A stretch of DNA of 64,000 bases from Candidatus Margulisiibacteriota bacterium (GCA_018823125.1 JAHJIW010000009.1:4170-68169), one strand, 5' to 3'. Positions 37,181 through 47,214 are shown, numbered from the stretch's first letter. Translations and numbers: made by a program. The notes: generated from the sequence alone by a model not told the origin.

Positions 37181-38910
37181 AAAAAGTTTTGTTAATGGGC
37201 AATCCCAACGTCGGGAAAAGTGCTTTCTTTTCTCGATTAACCGGCGTGCATGTAATTACTTCAAATTATCCGGGAACTACGGTCGAATTTACCAAAGGCT
37301 ACATGTTATTTGCCGGAGAAAAAGCAGAAGTAATCGATGTGCCGGGAACCTATACGTTAGAGCCAACCTGCAAAGCCGAAGAAGTTGCCTGTGAAATGTT
37401 AAAGTTGGCCACTAAAGAAGTGGTCCAAGAAGGCGACGTAATTATCAATGTAGTGGATGCCACAAACCTTGAAAGAAATTTATATCTCACCCTGGAATTG
37501 ATGGAACAGAAGATTCCAATTATTGTGGCGCTAAATATGTGGGATGATACCAAACACAAGGGTATCCACATCGATGTTGAAAAATTAGCGGAATGGTTAG
37601 GGGTGCCAGTCGTTCCAACTGTTGCCGTAACCGGAGAAGGTTTTGCCAAGTTAATTGGCGAAATTTATAAAGCCCGCGCTCCCTGGGTAAGAAAACACAC
37701 TCTTGAAGAACGCTGGAAAGATGTTGGTAAAGTAGTTACTAGAGTGCAACGTTTAGAGCATCGGCATCATACATTATTAGAAAGATTTCAGGATTTAACC
37801 ATCAAACCGTTAACCGGTTTGCCGATCGCGGCGGCCATTGCTTATTTGGCTTTTAAAGTTATCCGTTTTATCGGTGAAGGATTGATCGGTTATGTTTTTG
37901 AGCCGCTCTTTAATAATTTTTATACCCCTTTGATTATGAAATTAAGTGCCTTACTTGGTTCAACCGGCTTCTGGCATGATATTTTGGTAGGAAAACTAAT
38001 CAATGGTCAAATCGATTATCTGCAGTCGATGGGAGTTTTAACTACGGGATTTTTTATCCCGATCGGGGCGGTCCTGCCTTACGTCCTTTCATTTTATTTT
38101 GTGCTGGGTTTACTGGAAGATTCAGGATATTTACCCAGGCTGGCGGTTCTGATGGATAATTTGATGCACCGTATTGGCCTGCACGGTTTTGCGATTGTAC
38201 CTACACTTTTAAGTTTTGGTTGTAATGTTCCCGGAATTTTGGCCACCCGAATTTTAGAGAGTAAGCGTGAAAGATTTATTGCTTCAACTTTAATTTCGGT
38301 AGGCGTTCCTTGTGCGGCTTTGCAGGCCATGATTATTGGTGTGTTAGGATACTACGGCGCCCGTCCGGTAGCGATAGTTTATGGAACATTATTTTTAGTT
38401 TGGTTAACTTTAGGATACGTTTTAAATAAGTTGCTGCCCGGTTTTTCTCCGGAGCTTTTGCTCGAGATTCCACCGTATCGTTTTCCGCCGCTAACCATTA
38501 TTTATAAAAAACTTTGGTGGAGGATGAAGGCCTTTCTAAAAGAAGCGGTTCCGATTGTGTTAATCGGTGTTTTTGTGGTTAATATTCTTTATGTTTTGGG
38601 CGTGTTTAATTTTATTGCTGATATTTCGGCTCCAATTGTAACTGGACTATTGGGGTTACCTAAAGAGGCGGTAACCGCCATTGTAATTGGTTTCTTGAGA
38701 AAAGATGTTGCGGTAGGAATGTTAGTTCCGCTGGGACTTTCGGTTTCACAATTGATTGTAGCTTGCGTGGTGCTGTCCATGTTTTTCCCCTGCGTGGCTA
38801 CTTTTGTAGTGCTAATCCAGGAATTAGGATGGAAAGACATGCTTAAGGCAACTGCCATTATGATTGTTGCCGCACTTTTGGCGGGGAGTCTGTTGAATTT
38901 TATTTTATAA
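37177..38910 (+). CDS. feoB: Ferrous iron transporter FeoB
   Basis: GNPNVGKS, NYPGTTVE, DVPG, membrane gate domains. Confidence 0.96.
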   Translation: MKKVLLMGNPNVGKSAFFSRLTGVHVITSNYPGTTVEFTKGYMLFAGEKAEVIDVPGTYTLEPTCKAEEVACEMLKLATKEVVQEGDVIINVVDATNLERNLYLTLELMEQKIPIIVALNMWDDTKHKGIHIDVEKLAEWLGVPVVPTVAVTGEGFAKLIGEIYKARAPWVRKHTLEERWKDVGKVVTRVQRLEHRHHTLLERFQDLTIKPLTGLPIAAAIAYLAFKVIRFIGEGLIGYVFEPLFNNFYTPLIMKLSALLGSTGFWHDILVGKLINGQIDYLQSMGVLTTGFFIPIGAVLPYVLSFYFVLGLLEDSGYLPRLAVLMDNLMHRIGLHGFAIVPTLLSFGCNVPGILATRILESKRERFIASTLISVGVPCAALQAMIIGVLGYYGARPVAIVYGTLFLVWLTLGYVLNKLLPGFSPELLLEIPPYRFPPLTIIYKKLWWRMKAFLKEAVPIVLIGVFVVNILYVLGVFNFIADISAPIVTGLLGLPKEAVTAIVIGFLRKDVAVGMLVPLGLSVSQLIVACVVLSMFFPCVATFVVLIQELGWKDMLKATAIMIVAALLAGSLLNFIL

Positions 38911-38923
38911 AGGAAGAAATTTT

Positions 38924-39466
38924 GTGAATAAGAAACTAGCTTTACTAAGCGTAATATTATTGTTGCCTTTGATGGTTTTGGTGATGGGGATGGGGGAGAC
39001 GGTTAAAGTTGGTGGAGGTGCGCTGCGCAATTCAATTGACGTTGGGGACCGGGCGATTGATTTTACTTTAAACGATTTATTTGGTAATCCGGTAACCTTA
39101 TCTGACTATAAAGGGAAAGTGGTGTTTTTAAATTTTTGGGCAACCTGGTGCCCGCCGTGCCGCGATGAAATGCCCGGCATGGAATCATTATATACCGCGC
39201 TTAAGGGAGAAGATTTTGAAATGTTAGCGGTTAGTACCGATCGTGCTTCAAAATCAACGGTTAGCCAGTTTATATCTAACCGGGGGTTTACTTTTCCGGT
39301 TTTGTTAGATCCCAGCGGTAAAGCCTCAATCCCTTATGGTATATCCGGCATTCCTACTACTTTCATCATTGATAAAAGAGGAATAATTACGCAAAAAATT
39401 ATTGGGGCGCGTAATTGGGGTGACGTTTCGGTAATGAATCAGCTTAGGGAGCTAATTAGAAAATAA
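38924..39466 (+). CDS. TlpA/ResA thiol-disulfide oxidoreductase
   Basis: NFWATWCPPCRDEMP. Confidence 0.92.
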   Translation: MNKKLALLSVILLLPLMVLVMGMGETVKVGGGALRNSIDVGDRAIDFTLNDLFGNPVTLSDYKGKVVFLNFWATWCPPCRDEMPGMESLYTALKGEDFEMLAVSTDRASKSTVSQFISNRGFTFPVLLDPSGKASIPYGISGIPTTFIIDKRGIITQKIIGARNWGDVSVMNQLRELIRK

Positions 39467-40183
39467 ATGACTAATCTGTCCGTAACCATAGCTTTTGTCG
39501 CAGGGATTCTTTCCTTTTTTTCGCCCTGCGTTTTTCCGTTGATTCCTTCTTATATTTTATTGATTTCGGGGCTTTCGTTTAAGGAAATTACCGACGCGGC
39601 GCAAACCGAACGCACCCGTTGGGTAATCATTATTAACTCGCTCTTCTTTATTTTGGGGTTCTCTTTAGTTTTTATTATTTTGGGAGCTACTGCCAGTTTA
39701 CTCGGACAAATATTTTTCATATATAAAGATGTCATCAGGATTGTGGGCGGAATCATTGTTGTGATGCTGGGCCTTTATGTGATGGGATTATTTCAAATTG
39801 GTTTTCTGAATGTTGAAAAAAGAATTAATCTGCCGGTGAAAACAACCGGATATCTAGGATCATTATTAGCGGGCATTACCTTTGGCGCGGCCTGGACGCC
39901 TTGTATTGGTCCAATTTTAGGGGCAATTTTACTGCTCGCCAGCTCTTCGAAAACCGTAACCACTGGAATTTTATATCTGGTAGTGTTTTCCTTAGGCTTA
40001 GCCATTCCATTTTTAATTACGGCGGCACTTTTACAAACCGTGATCAAATATATTACCAAGATTAATCGCTATATGGGTATTATCAAGGTGATAAGCGGCC
40101 TGCTTTTGGTTATAATTGGGCTGCTGCTACTTACTAATTGGTTTCAGTTGTTGGTCAACTTTATGCCACCCATAGGCATATAA
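39467..40183 (+). CDS. ccdA: Cytochrome c biogenesis protein CcdA
   Basis: SFFSPCVFPLIP, WTPCIGPILG. Confidence 0.93.
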   Translation: MTNLSVTIAFVAGILSFFSPCVFPLIPSYILLISGLSFKEITDAAQTERTRWVIIINSLFFILGFSLVFIILGATASLLGQIFFIYKDVIRIVGGIIVVMLGLYVMGLFQIGFLNVEKRINLPVKTTGYLGSLLAGITFGAAWTPCIGPILGAILLLASSSKTVTTGILYLVVFSLGLAIPFLITAALLQTVIKYITKINRYMGIIKVISGLLLVIIGLLLLTNWFQLLVNFMPPIGI

Positions 40184-40199
40184 ATAAAGGAGGGTTACC

Positions 40200-40436
40200 A
40201 TGGCAAAAAAAGTTACTATCTATTCAACTCCGCCGTGCCCTTACTGCAAAATGGCCAAAAGTTTCTTAAAAGAAAACAATATTGAATTCACCGATATTGA
40301 TATTTCGGCGGAGCAAGCTGCGGCCGAAAAAATGGTCGAAAAATCGGGACAAATGGCGGTGCCCGTACTAGATATTGACGGCCAAATTATCGTAGGTTTT
40401 GCCAAAGACGAAATTAAAAAAGCTTTAGGGATATAA
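40200..40436 (+). CDS. Glutaredoxin/NrdH-like protein
   Basis: CPYC, GQMAVPV. Confidence 0.92.
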   Translation: MAKKVTIYSTPPCPYCKMAKSFLKENNIEFTDIDISAEQAAAEKMVEKSGQMAVPVLDIDGQIIVGFAKDEIKKALGI

Positions 40437-40449
40437 AGGGGGCGAAATA

Positions 40450-40992
40450 ATGGATAAAAAGATATTAGGGGATTTATGCCAGGCGCTCAAGGCCGCGCAT
40501 GACATGGAGAAAAGTGGGTACGATATATATATGAAAGCAGCCGAAAAAACTTCCAATAAACTGGGAAAAAGCACGCTGGAAGCCATTGCCAAAAAAGAGC
40601 TGGATCATATCAAGGCGATTGATGAATTTACTAAAAAGGCTACCCAGGGAGATTTAAATTTAGCGATGGCCATCTCCAGTATCAACGTCTTGGATAAAAA
40701 GGATTATGTTCGTCCGATTATGGATAAACTGGCGAAAGAACTGGACGAAAAGGTAAAATCTGATTCTGATCTGGAAAAAGCGTATGAGGTTGCTATGCAG
40801 CTTGAGAGAGAGTCATATGATTTTTATAAAGATCTGGCTGATCAATCTGCCGATCCGCAAGTTAAAAAGTTTTTTGAATTTTTAATGAGTGAAGAAAACA
40901 CGCATTACGAACTACTGCAGGAATCTTTAGAATATCTTAATCATCCCGGTGACTGGTTTAAAGAACAAGAACGCTGGATTATGGAAGGATAA
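40450..40992 (+). CDS. Ferritin-like (rubrerythrin-domain) protein
   Basis: Two E..Y / ExxH di-iron half motifs. Confidence 0.85.
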   Translation: MDKKILGDLCQALKAAHDMEKSGYDIYMKAAEKTSNKLGKSTLEAIAKKELDHIKAIDEFTKKATQGDLNLAMAISSINVLDKKDYVRPIMDKLAKELDEKVKSDSDLEKAYEVAMQLERESYDFYKDLADQSADPQVKKFFEFLMSEENTHYELLQESLEYLNHPGDWFKEQERWIMEG

Positions 40993-40996
40993 AATA

Positions 40997-41527
40997 ATGA
41001 AAATCTTTAATGAAGGCGAAAATATTGTTATCGGCGATTTTGACGAAATTGAAGCTTTAAGAGTTGCGGTAAAGCTTGAAAATGACGGCATGAAATTTTA
41101 TTTAAAATCCAGTGAATTGGCTCCGGATGAAGAAACCAAACAGATGTTTAAAAATCTGGTTAAAGAAGAAGCAAAGCACATTCAGCGCTTTGAAAAACGA
41201 GCCGAGGAGATCGGTAAAGCCAAAAATATCGAAGTTGATCTTTCCCGCGGAGGAGAAGAGGAATTTTTTGATTTTATTGATCCGGGGGTCTTTGGAGATA
41301 CGTTAAATATCGAAAAAGTAATTGCCGGAGTTAATAATTGTTTGGATGCACTTACCATCGGAGAGCAATCGGAGGTAAATGCCATTAATTTTTATAAAGC
41401 GATTTTGAAGCACAATGATTCGGAAGCCGGCAAAGCGGTGATTAAAGATATTATTAAAGAAGAGCAAAAGCACCTAAAAACCCTGATTAAATATAAAGAA
41501 TTATTAGAAAAAAAAGGAGGAAAATAA
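40997..41527 (+). CDS. Ferritin-like (rubrerythrin-domain) protein
   Basis: ENDGMKFY..EEAKH; EVNAINFY..EEQKH. Confidence 0.85.
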   Translation: MKIFNEGENIVIGDFDEIEALRVAVKLENDGMKFYLKSSELAPDEETKQMFKNLVKEEAKHIQRFEKRAEEIGKAKNIEVDLSRGGEEEFFDFIDPGVFGDTLNIEKVIAGVNNCLDALTIGEQSEVNAINFYKAILKHNDSEAGKAVIKDIIKEEQKHLKTLIKYKELLEKKGGK

Positions 41528-41958
41528 TGCCTAGTATTGAAGATGTAAAACCACTCTTGATTGCATTGAAAGGTGAACAGGAAGCATTGGAGTTGTATAC
41601 CCGCATGAAGCAGCGCAGTACTAATCCTACCGGGAAAGAAATGTTTGAAAATCTGATTGCAGAAGAGAAAAAACATGCCCGGATTATTGAGGAAAGGCTG
41701 TCTACCATAAAAGCTCCGGTGGATACCTCGCAAATCAGCGAAAAAGTTTCATCATTATCTGAGGTTGATTTTGAGGATCCGGCCCTGAGCGATCTTGAAA
41801 TCATTAAATTGGCTATCGAAGACGAGAATGCGGCCTTTGCCTTTTATATGAAAGCTTCCGAAGAATCTACCGATCCGGAAGAAATTGCCATCTTTACGCT
41901 TTTGGCTAGAGACGAAAAAGGGCATATCGAGCTTTTGAAAAAAAGGCTGCAAGGGTAA
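41527..41958 (+). CDS. Ferritin-like (rubrerythrin-domain) protein
   Basis: EQEALELY..EEKKH; ENAAFAFY..DEKGH. Confidence 0.85.
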   Translation: MPSIEDVKPLLIALKGEQEALELYTRMKQRSTNPTGKEMFENLIAEEKKHARIIEERLSTIKAPVDTSQISEKVSSLSEVDFEDPALSDLEIIKLAIEDENAAFAFYMKASEESTDPEEIAIFTLLARDEKGHIELLKKRLQG

Positions 41959-41962
41959 TTCC

Positions 41963-42874
41963 ATGGCTGAAGTAAAAGATCTAATTATCATTGGAGCCGG
42001 TCCGGCCGGCATCACCGCTGCGGTTTACGCCGCCCGCAAAAAAATGGACTTCACGGTAATTTCTCGAGATATTGGCGGCCAGGCCGCCTGGTCGGGGGAT
42101 ATCGAAAATTATACCGGCTATCAGTTTATTTCCGGGCCCGATTTGGCCATCAAATTTAAGGAGCATATGGAAAAGTATGAATTTGATCTTAAGGAAGGGG
42201 GAGAGGTGTTAAAGGTTGAACAGGAAGGAAAAAACTTTAAGGTTAAAACTTCCAAAGATGAGGAGTTAGTAGCTAAAACATTGGTGATTGCTTCGGGAAA
42301 ACGGTCACGCCTGCTTAACATTCCGGGAGAAGTAAAATTTAAAAATCGGGGAGTCACTTATTGTGCAACTTGCGATGGTCCAATTTTTCAAGGTAAGACC
42401 GTGGCCGTAATTGGAGGCGGCAATTCAGCCTTGGATGCAGTCCTGCAAATGATTAAAATCGCCGAAAAGGTGTATCTCATCAACATTAACGAGGCGTTGG
42501 GTGGCGATGCGGTCATGATCGAAAAAGTAATGTCATCGGATAAGGCTGAGGTGCTAAATAAAACAAAAATGCTTGAAATCATGGGGGACAAGTTTGTTAA
42601 AGGTATCCGGGTTGATCAAGCCGGCAAAATCCGAGAAATTCCTTTGCAGGGAATTTTTGTGGAAATTGGGCTGCTGCCGAACAGTAACATTATTGATTTT
42701 GTAAAGAAAAATAAAAATGATGAAATTATGATCAATTGTTCGGCCGAAACCTCGGTGCCCGGGGTTTTTGCGGCGGGGGATGTCACCGATGTTCCGGAAA
42801 AGCAGATTATTGTGGCGGCGGGGGATGGGGCTAAGGCAACACTGGCGGCATTTAAGTATTTAGTAAAATTATAA
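41963..42874 (+). CDS. trxB: Thioredoxin reductase-like FAD disulfide oxidoreductase
   Basis: GAGPAG, CATCDG, GGGNSA, FAAGD. Confidence 0.85.
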   Translation: MAEVKDLIIIGAGPAGITAAVYAARKKMDFTVISRDIGGQAAWSGDIENYTGYQFISGPDLAIKFKEHMEKYEFDLKEGGEVLKVEQEGKNFKVKTSKDEELVAKTLVIASGKRSRLLNIPGEVKFKNRGVTYCATCDGPIFQGKTVAVIGGGNSALDAVLQMIKIAEKVYLININEALGGDAVMIEKVMSSDKAEVLNKTKMLEIMGDKFVKGIRVDQAGKIREIPLQGIFVEIGLLPNSNIIDFVKKNKNDEIMINCSAETSVPGVFAAGDVTDVPEKQIIVAAGDGAKATLAAFKYLVKL

Positions 42875-42887
42875 AGGAGGGTAAAAA

Positions 42888-43268
42888 ATGACAAAATTAT
42901 TAGAAGTTTATAAATGTGAGATTTGTGGAAATATTGTTGAGCTTTTACATGCGGGGGCGGGAGAGTTAGTTTGTTGTGGTCAGCCGATGAAGTTAATGGC
43001 TGCTAAAACAGAAGATCAAGGAAAAGAAAAACACGTTCCGGTTATCGAAAAGACGGCCAAGGGAATATTAGTAAAAGTTGGAGCAGTCCCACACCCCATG
43101 GAAGATAAACACTACATAGAATGGGTTGCTGTGGAAAAGGATGGTAAAGTTTTACGTGCATTCTTGAAACCGGGCGATAAACCGGAAGCTGAATTTCCAG
43201 TTTCTGCGGATGGAGGCATAGCTAGAGAATATTGCAGCGTCCATGGCCTATGGTCAGCGGGCAATTAA
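42888..43268 (+). CDS. dfx: Desulfoferrodoxin (superoxide reductase)
   Basis: CEICGN..CCG, EKHVP, HPM..HYIEW, CSVHG. Confidence 0.95.
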   Translation: MTKLLEVYKCEICGNIVELLHAGAGELVCCGQPMKLMAAKTEDQGKEKHVPVIEKTAKGILVKVGAVPHPMEDKHYIEWVAVEKDGKVLRAFLKPGDKPEAEFPVSADGGIAREYCSVHGLWSAGN

Positions 43269-43284
43269 ATAAAGGAGGAAAATA

Positions 43285-43860
43285 ATGAAAAGTTTAAAAG
43301 GGACCAAGACTGAAAATAATTTATTGAAGGCGTTTGCGGGTGAATCTCAGGCTCGAAATCGTTATACCTATTTTGCTTCCAAAGCCAAAAAAGAAGGGTA
43401 TGAGCAGATTTCGGCGATTTTTACCGAAACCGCGGAAAACGAAAAAGAACATGCCAAAAGATTCTTTAATTTTTTGGAAGGTGGCCTGGTTGAAATTCAG
43501 GCTTCTTTTCCGGCCGGGGTAGTTGGCAGCACGGCAGAAAATCTTAAGGCTGGGGCGGGGGGAGAAAACGAAGAATATTCAATCTTATATCCTACTTTTG
43601 CCAAGGAAGCGGATGCGGAAGGCTTCAAGGAAATTGCGGATGTTTTTAGGGCAGTTTCCATTGCCGAAAAACAGCACGAAAAAAGGTATTTAGATCTTAT
43701 GGCCAATATTGAAAAAGGCCGTGTATTTAAACGCGAAAAAAATACTAAATGGCGCTGCCGAAATTGCGGCTATATCCATACTGGGGCGGAGGCTTTGGAT
43801 AAGTGCCCAGCTTGTAATCATCCCCAGGCTTATTTTGAGCTTTTAGGGGAAAATTGGTAG
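43285..43860 (+). CDS. rbr: Rubrerythrin
   Basis: AFAGESQARNRY, C-terminal CRNC..CPAC. Confidence 0.96.
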   Translation: MKSLKGTKTENNLLKAFAGESQARNRYTYFASKAKKEGYEQISAIFTETAENEKEHAKRFFNFLEGGLVEIQASFPAGVVGSTAENLKAGAGGENEEYSILYPTFAKEADAEGFKEIADVFRAVSIAEKQHEKRYLDLMANIEKGRVFKREKNTKWRCRNCGYIHTGAEALDKCPACNHPQAYFELLGENW

Positions 43861-43869
43861 GCAAAACGC

Positions 43870-43899
43870 GCAAGTTTTAGGTCTAAAGAACCGATATAT
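43870..43899 (+). promoter_or_regulatory. sigma28-like promoter
   Basis: GCAAGTTT-N14-CGATATAT. Confidence 0.7.
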
Positions 43900-43936
43900 A
43901 TAGTAGAGAGAGCACTAAGCTCGAGGAGTGATTTAA

Positions 43937-43999
43937 GTGCCATATATTGGTTTTATAGCATTAGGTTATTTATTCATACTTTACACCATGGTAAAGTAG
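43937..43999 (+). CDS. Putative 20-aa hydrophobic small protein MPYIGFIALGYLFILYTMVK
   Basis: GAGGAG 8 nt before GTG; downstream of the sigma28-like promoter; single TM character. Confidence 0.5.
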   Translation: MPYIGFIALGYLFILYTMVK

Positions 44000-44098
44000 T
44001 TTTTCTGATGCGTTTACCTTCTTGGTTGACCTCTAATATCTGATAAAAATTCTTGTTAATTTCCTGCAATATTTCTGCATTATTGTCGATAGGTAAAT

Positions 44099-46243
44099 AT
44101 GACAGTCTTATCTGGCGTTGATATTTACAATAAAGTTAACCGGTTCTTCGGGTGGCCTCCGGTTACCGCTGCCGAAACTTTATACTGTAATGATGCTAGT
44201 TCGCAGAGCGAAGCGCATCTTCAGAAAGTATGTGATCTCGCTGATTTCCCCTTTTGTAATTGTGATTCTTTTGGCACCTATGATTTTATAGCTGACCCCG
44301 CTAAAGCCATCGAGCTATCAGAACTTTTATCTGAAAACGGTGAAGATGAATTTGCCGCTGAATTGTTAACTGATTCAATTTTCGGATTATATTCGATGTT
44401 AGAAGATGATCCGACTAATGCAGAAGCTGCGTATTCTCTGGCAAAACTGATGCACTATTTAGGGAACCCCGCACTGGCCAGAGATATCTACTTTGATTTT
44501 ATGATTGAATTATGTCTAATCGAAGAACCAACTAGTGATGATATTGATAATCTGCAATTTGCGGTGCAGCTTATCGATGAGTGTGACTTGATTGAAGAAG
44601 ATGAAGCGCAAGTAATTCTTAGTCGGTTGGGGGAGGAAGATATTAAGGATGCGGCGGTGGCAATGAGGATAAAGTTATATCAGGCAATTTTAGCGGGCGA
44701 GCCGGACCAGTATAGTAATACCTATCTTGATGCACAGTTCGGGTTATTTAATGAATATTATCTGGGACGACAGTTTGATCTGGCGCGAATTGAATATGAC
44801 GCGTTGCTGCGGATACTTGAAGGGGTGGTTCCTTATCTGGCAGCTGAATATCGCTTTCGTATGTGTTATTTGGTTAGTGATTATGCCGGGGCGTTTGCTG
44901 CGATTCAGGACTTACCTGCCTTTTCACAGAACGGGGAACTAACTAAAGAGGAGGCTAAGCAAAAAGTAAGCGATGGTGGGGGGTTCCAAAGTTTTCGCCT
45001 TCCTCTTTCTGAGATCAAAGCCAAGAAATCTGAACGGTTAATTGAGATTGATCGCACCGGACAGGATTTTGAAGACCTGGTTGAAGGCGTTGCTTTGAGT
45101 ATAGATTTGGGGGATGAGGTGGCAGCCTGGCAAATGCTGGAAGCCGCGCAAGAAATTAATCCATATTCTTCATTTTTAAAAGGACTAGAGCTCGATTTAT
45201 TAATCTGGCTAGGAGATTATGATTTAGCAATGAGCTTGATAGAAACTTATCGAGGTAATTTTAGAATGGATTCTTATTACCACCGCGTATTTTTAAATAC
45301 CAGCGCGGCTCAAAACGGTGCCCGTGCCAAAAGACTAGCCGAAGGACGTTATGATCGTTTTATAAGACGAAAACTTAACGAGACGAAAGAAAAGGTTAAG
45401 TATTTCCCCCAAAGTTATTACGGATGGCTGTACATTTCGCAGGCATCTTTTATGCGGTTAGATCAGCTGGAAACGGCTCGAGCCGCTTTTGAAGAGGCCG
45501 AGGTGATTTTAGCTGATGCGATTGCTGCCGGAGCCGGTGAGATTGATGGAGCTAATAATGCCTATGATTTCCTGCAGGGTATGCTCAATCGGATCCGATT
45601 ATTTGGAAGAGAAAGAGCTCAGCTTGATGGAAAACCGGTCAGGTTGGTAGATTACCGTCCGGGCAGTGCCGGTTCTATGGATTCGACCGCCGAGCTTCCC
45701 GCGGGAGAAGAAATGCAACAACTTTTAGCATCAAATATGATTTGGTATTACGTGGAAAATGGTGCTCGCATGCGGGAAGCAATCGTAAGCTTTATCAATG
45801 CAACACGGGAGACCAATCCACGCTGGGGTTTTAGTGAAACCTCAGTTGAAAACTTAGCAATTTTAAGTTTAGATGAAGTAATTATGCTGGCTGCTCGGGT
45901 TACTGAATGTATGCTTGATTATGATTCTCTGAATCCCCGCGATGTTGTTAATAATCTTGATCCGATTGATCTTAAAGTTAGTTTAAATTTATATAGTTCT
46001 GGAGTTTGCGAAAACTATTTAGCATTATTTGCCGCCATTTTTGAAAGTATAAAAGAAATAAATCCAAACCTGGTTAACGCCTATGCTGATTTTAGTTTTG
46101 CCTCCAGTCGTGGCTGGAATACCGTTTTTGTAGTAAGAGAAAATGATATTATTGGATTTGTTTTAGATGTAACTCAGGATGACAATGATCACGTATTTGG
46201 AAATGATATGGGCGGTTTACGCAACTATCGTGTTTTTAGATAA
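44099..46243 (+). CDS. Large acidic TPR-like protein with C-terminal transglutaminase-like domain
   Basis: Helical repeats; GVCENY..RGWN..LDVTQDD. Confidence 0.7.
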   Translation: MTVLSGVDIYNKVNRFFGWPPVTAAETLYCNDASSQSEAHLQKVCDLADFPFCNCDSFGTYDFIADPAKAIELSELLSENGEDEFAAELLTDSIFGLYSMLEDDPTNAEAAYSLAKLMHYLGNPALARDIYFDFMIELCLIEEPTSDDIDNLQFAVQLIDECDLIEEDEAQVILSRLGEEDIKDAAVAMRIKLYQAILAGEPDQYSNTYLDAQFGLFNEYYLGRQFDLARIEYDALLRILEGVVPYLAAEYRFRMCYLVSDYAGAFAAIQDLPAFSQNGELTKEEAKQKVSDGGGFQSFRLPLSEIKAKKSERLIEIDRTGQDFEDLVEGVALSIDLGDEVAAWQMLEAAQEINPYSSFLKGLELDLLIWLGDYDLAMSLIETYRGNFRMDSYYHRVFLNTSAAQNGARAKRLAEGRYDRFIRRKLNETKEKVKYFPQSYYGWLYISQASFMRLDQLETARAAFEEAEVILADAIAAGAGEIDGANNAYDFLQGMLNRIRLFGRERAQLDGKPVRLVDYRPGSAGSMDSTAELPAGEEMQQLLASNMIWYYVENGARMREAIVSFINATRETNPRWGFSETSVENLAILSLDEVIMLAARVTECMLDYDSLNPRDVVNNLDPIDLKVSLNLYSSGVCENYLALFAAIFESIKEINPNLVNAYADFSFASSRGWNTVFVVRENDIIGFVLDVTQDDNDHVFGNDMGGLRNYRVFR

Positions 46244-46291
46244 TTAATTTTTCCTTCCTTGACACTGCATTCCCCTTCCGTTAACATTACC

Positions 46292-46392
46292 TTTGTCTCA
46301 CGGGGAGCTCTAAGTATGCCAGGGCTGAGAACTTCAAGGATTTGAAGGACCCAGAAATACCTGATCAGGGTAATGCCTGCGGAGGAAAAATG
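46292..46392 (+). ncRNA. TPP riboswitch
   Basis: GGGGAGC..GCTGAGA..GACCC..ACCTGATCAGGGTAATGCCTGCGGAGG upstream of thi genes; promoter TTGACA 46259-N17-TAACAT. Confidence 0.93.
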
Positions 46393-47037
46393 AACCCCAA
46401 AATTAATTCCCCCCTCGACAACTTCGAAGAAATCTTTTCAAGAAATGTTTCCGGCATTCGGGCTGCTTTACGCGGTAAGAAAATTGGCATTGCCGGATGC
46501 GGTGGATTAGGGTCTAACCTCGCGGTTAATCTGGTGCGTATGGGTGCAGATAACTTGGTATTAGTCGATTCAGACAAGATCGAGCCCAGCAATTTAAACC
46601 GTCAATACTATTTTTGGGATCAGATCGGCAGCTTAAAAGCAAAAGCGCTTGAAGAAAACTTAAAACGAATCCACCCCCTGATTACGTGTGAATGTCATTC
46701 TGTAAGAATAAATTCTTCAAATCTTCAATCTATCTTTTCAGGGTGCGAAGTGGTGGCCGAATGTTTTGACGGGGCGGGGGATAAGGCGCGGCTGGTGGAA
46801 GATTTGGTTAATAAAGGGATTCCTGTGGTGGCGGTTTCTGGTGTGGCGGGAAAGAATTCAGCGGAAGCGATTAAAATTAAAAGACCTATCAAAAACCTAA
46901 TTTTAATTGGTGATGATGCCTCTCCCGATTGTAGTGAGGGATTGATCTCGCCCCGGGTATCGATTGCGGCAGCACACCAAGCTTGGGCTATTATGAATTT
47001 TTTGTCAGAAGGAGAGAAAAATGAAAGTGATCGTTAA
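46390..47037 (+). CDS. thiF: Sulfur carrier protein ThiS adenylyltransferase
   Basis: GCGGLGS, SNLNRQ; true start ATG 46390 (the ORF-track extension is riboswitch sequence). Confidence 0.9.
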   Translation: MNPKINSPLDNFEEIFSRNVSGIRAALRGKKIGIAGCGGLGSNLAVNLVRMGADNLVLVDSDKIEPSNLNRQYYFWDQIGSLKAKALEENLKRIHPLITCECHSVRINSSNLQSIFSGCEVVAECFDGAGDKARLVEDLVNKGIPVVAVSGVAGKNSAEAIKIKRPIKNLILIGDDASPDCSEGLISPRVSIAAAHQAWAIMNFLSEGEKNESDR

Positions 47038-47212
47038 CGAAAAGGAACATCAGCTGACAGAGAAAGATCTGCACTCACTTTTTAAAGATTTAAAAATCAA
47101 TCCTGAAGTTGTGGTGGTAGAGAAAAATGGTGAAATTATTCCTCGCAAGAATAATTGTGAATTAAAAGATGGTGACCGTTTAGAAATTATTAAGTTTGTT
47201 GGAGGGGGCTGA
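47021..47212 (+). CDS. thiS: Sulfur carrier protein ThiS
   Basis: C-terminal FVGGG. Confidence 0.95.
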   Translation: MKVIVNEKEHQLTEKDLHSLFKDLKINPEVVVVEKNGEIIPRKNNCELKDGDRLEIIKFVGGG

Positions 47213-47214
47213 AA

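Noticed and set aside
46342-46389. N-terminal extension of ThiF in the ORF track
   Set aside because: It is the TPP aptamer sequence; the true start is ATG 46390
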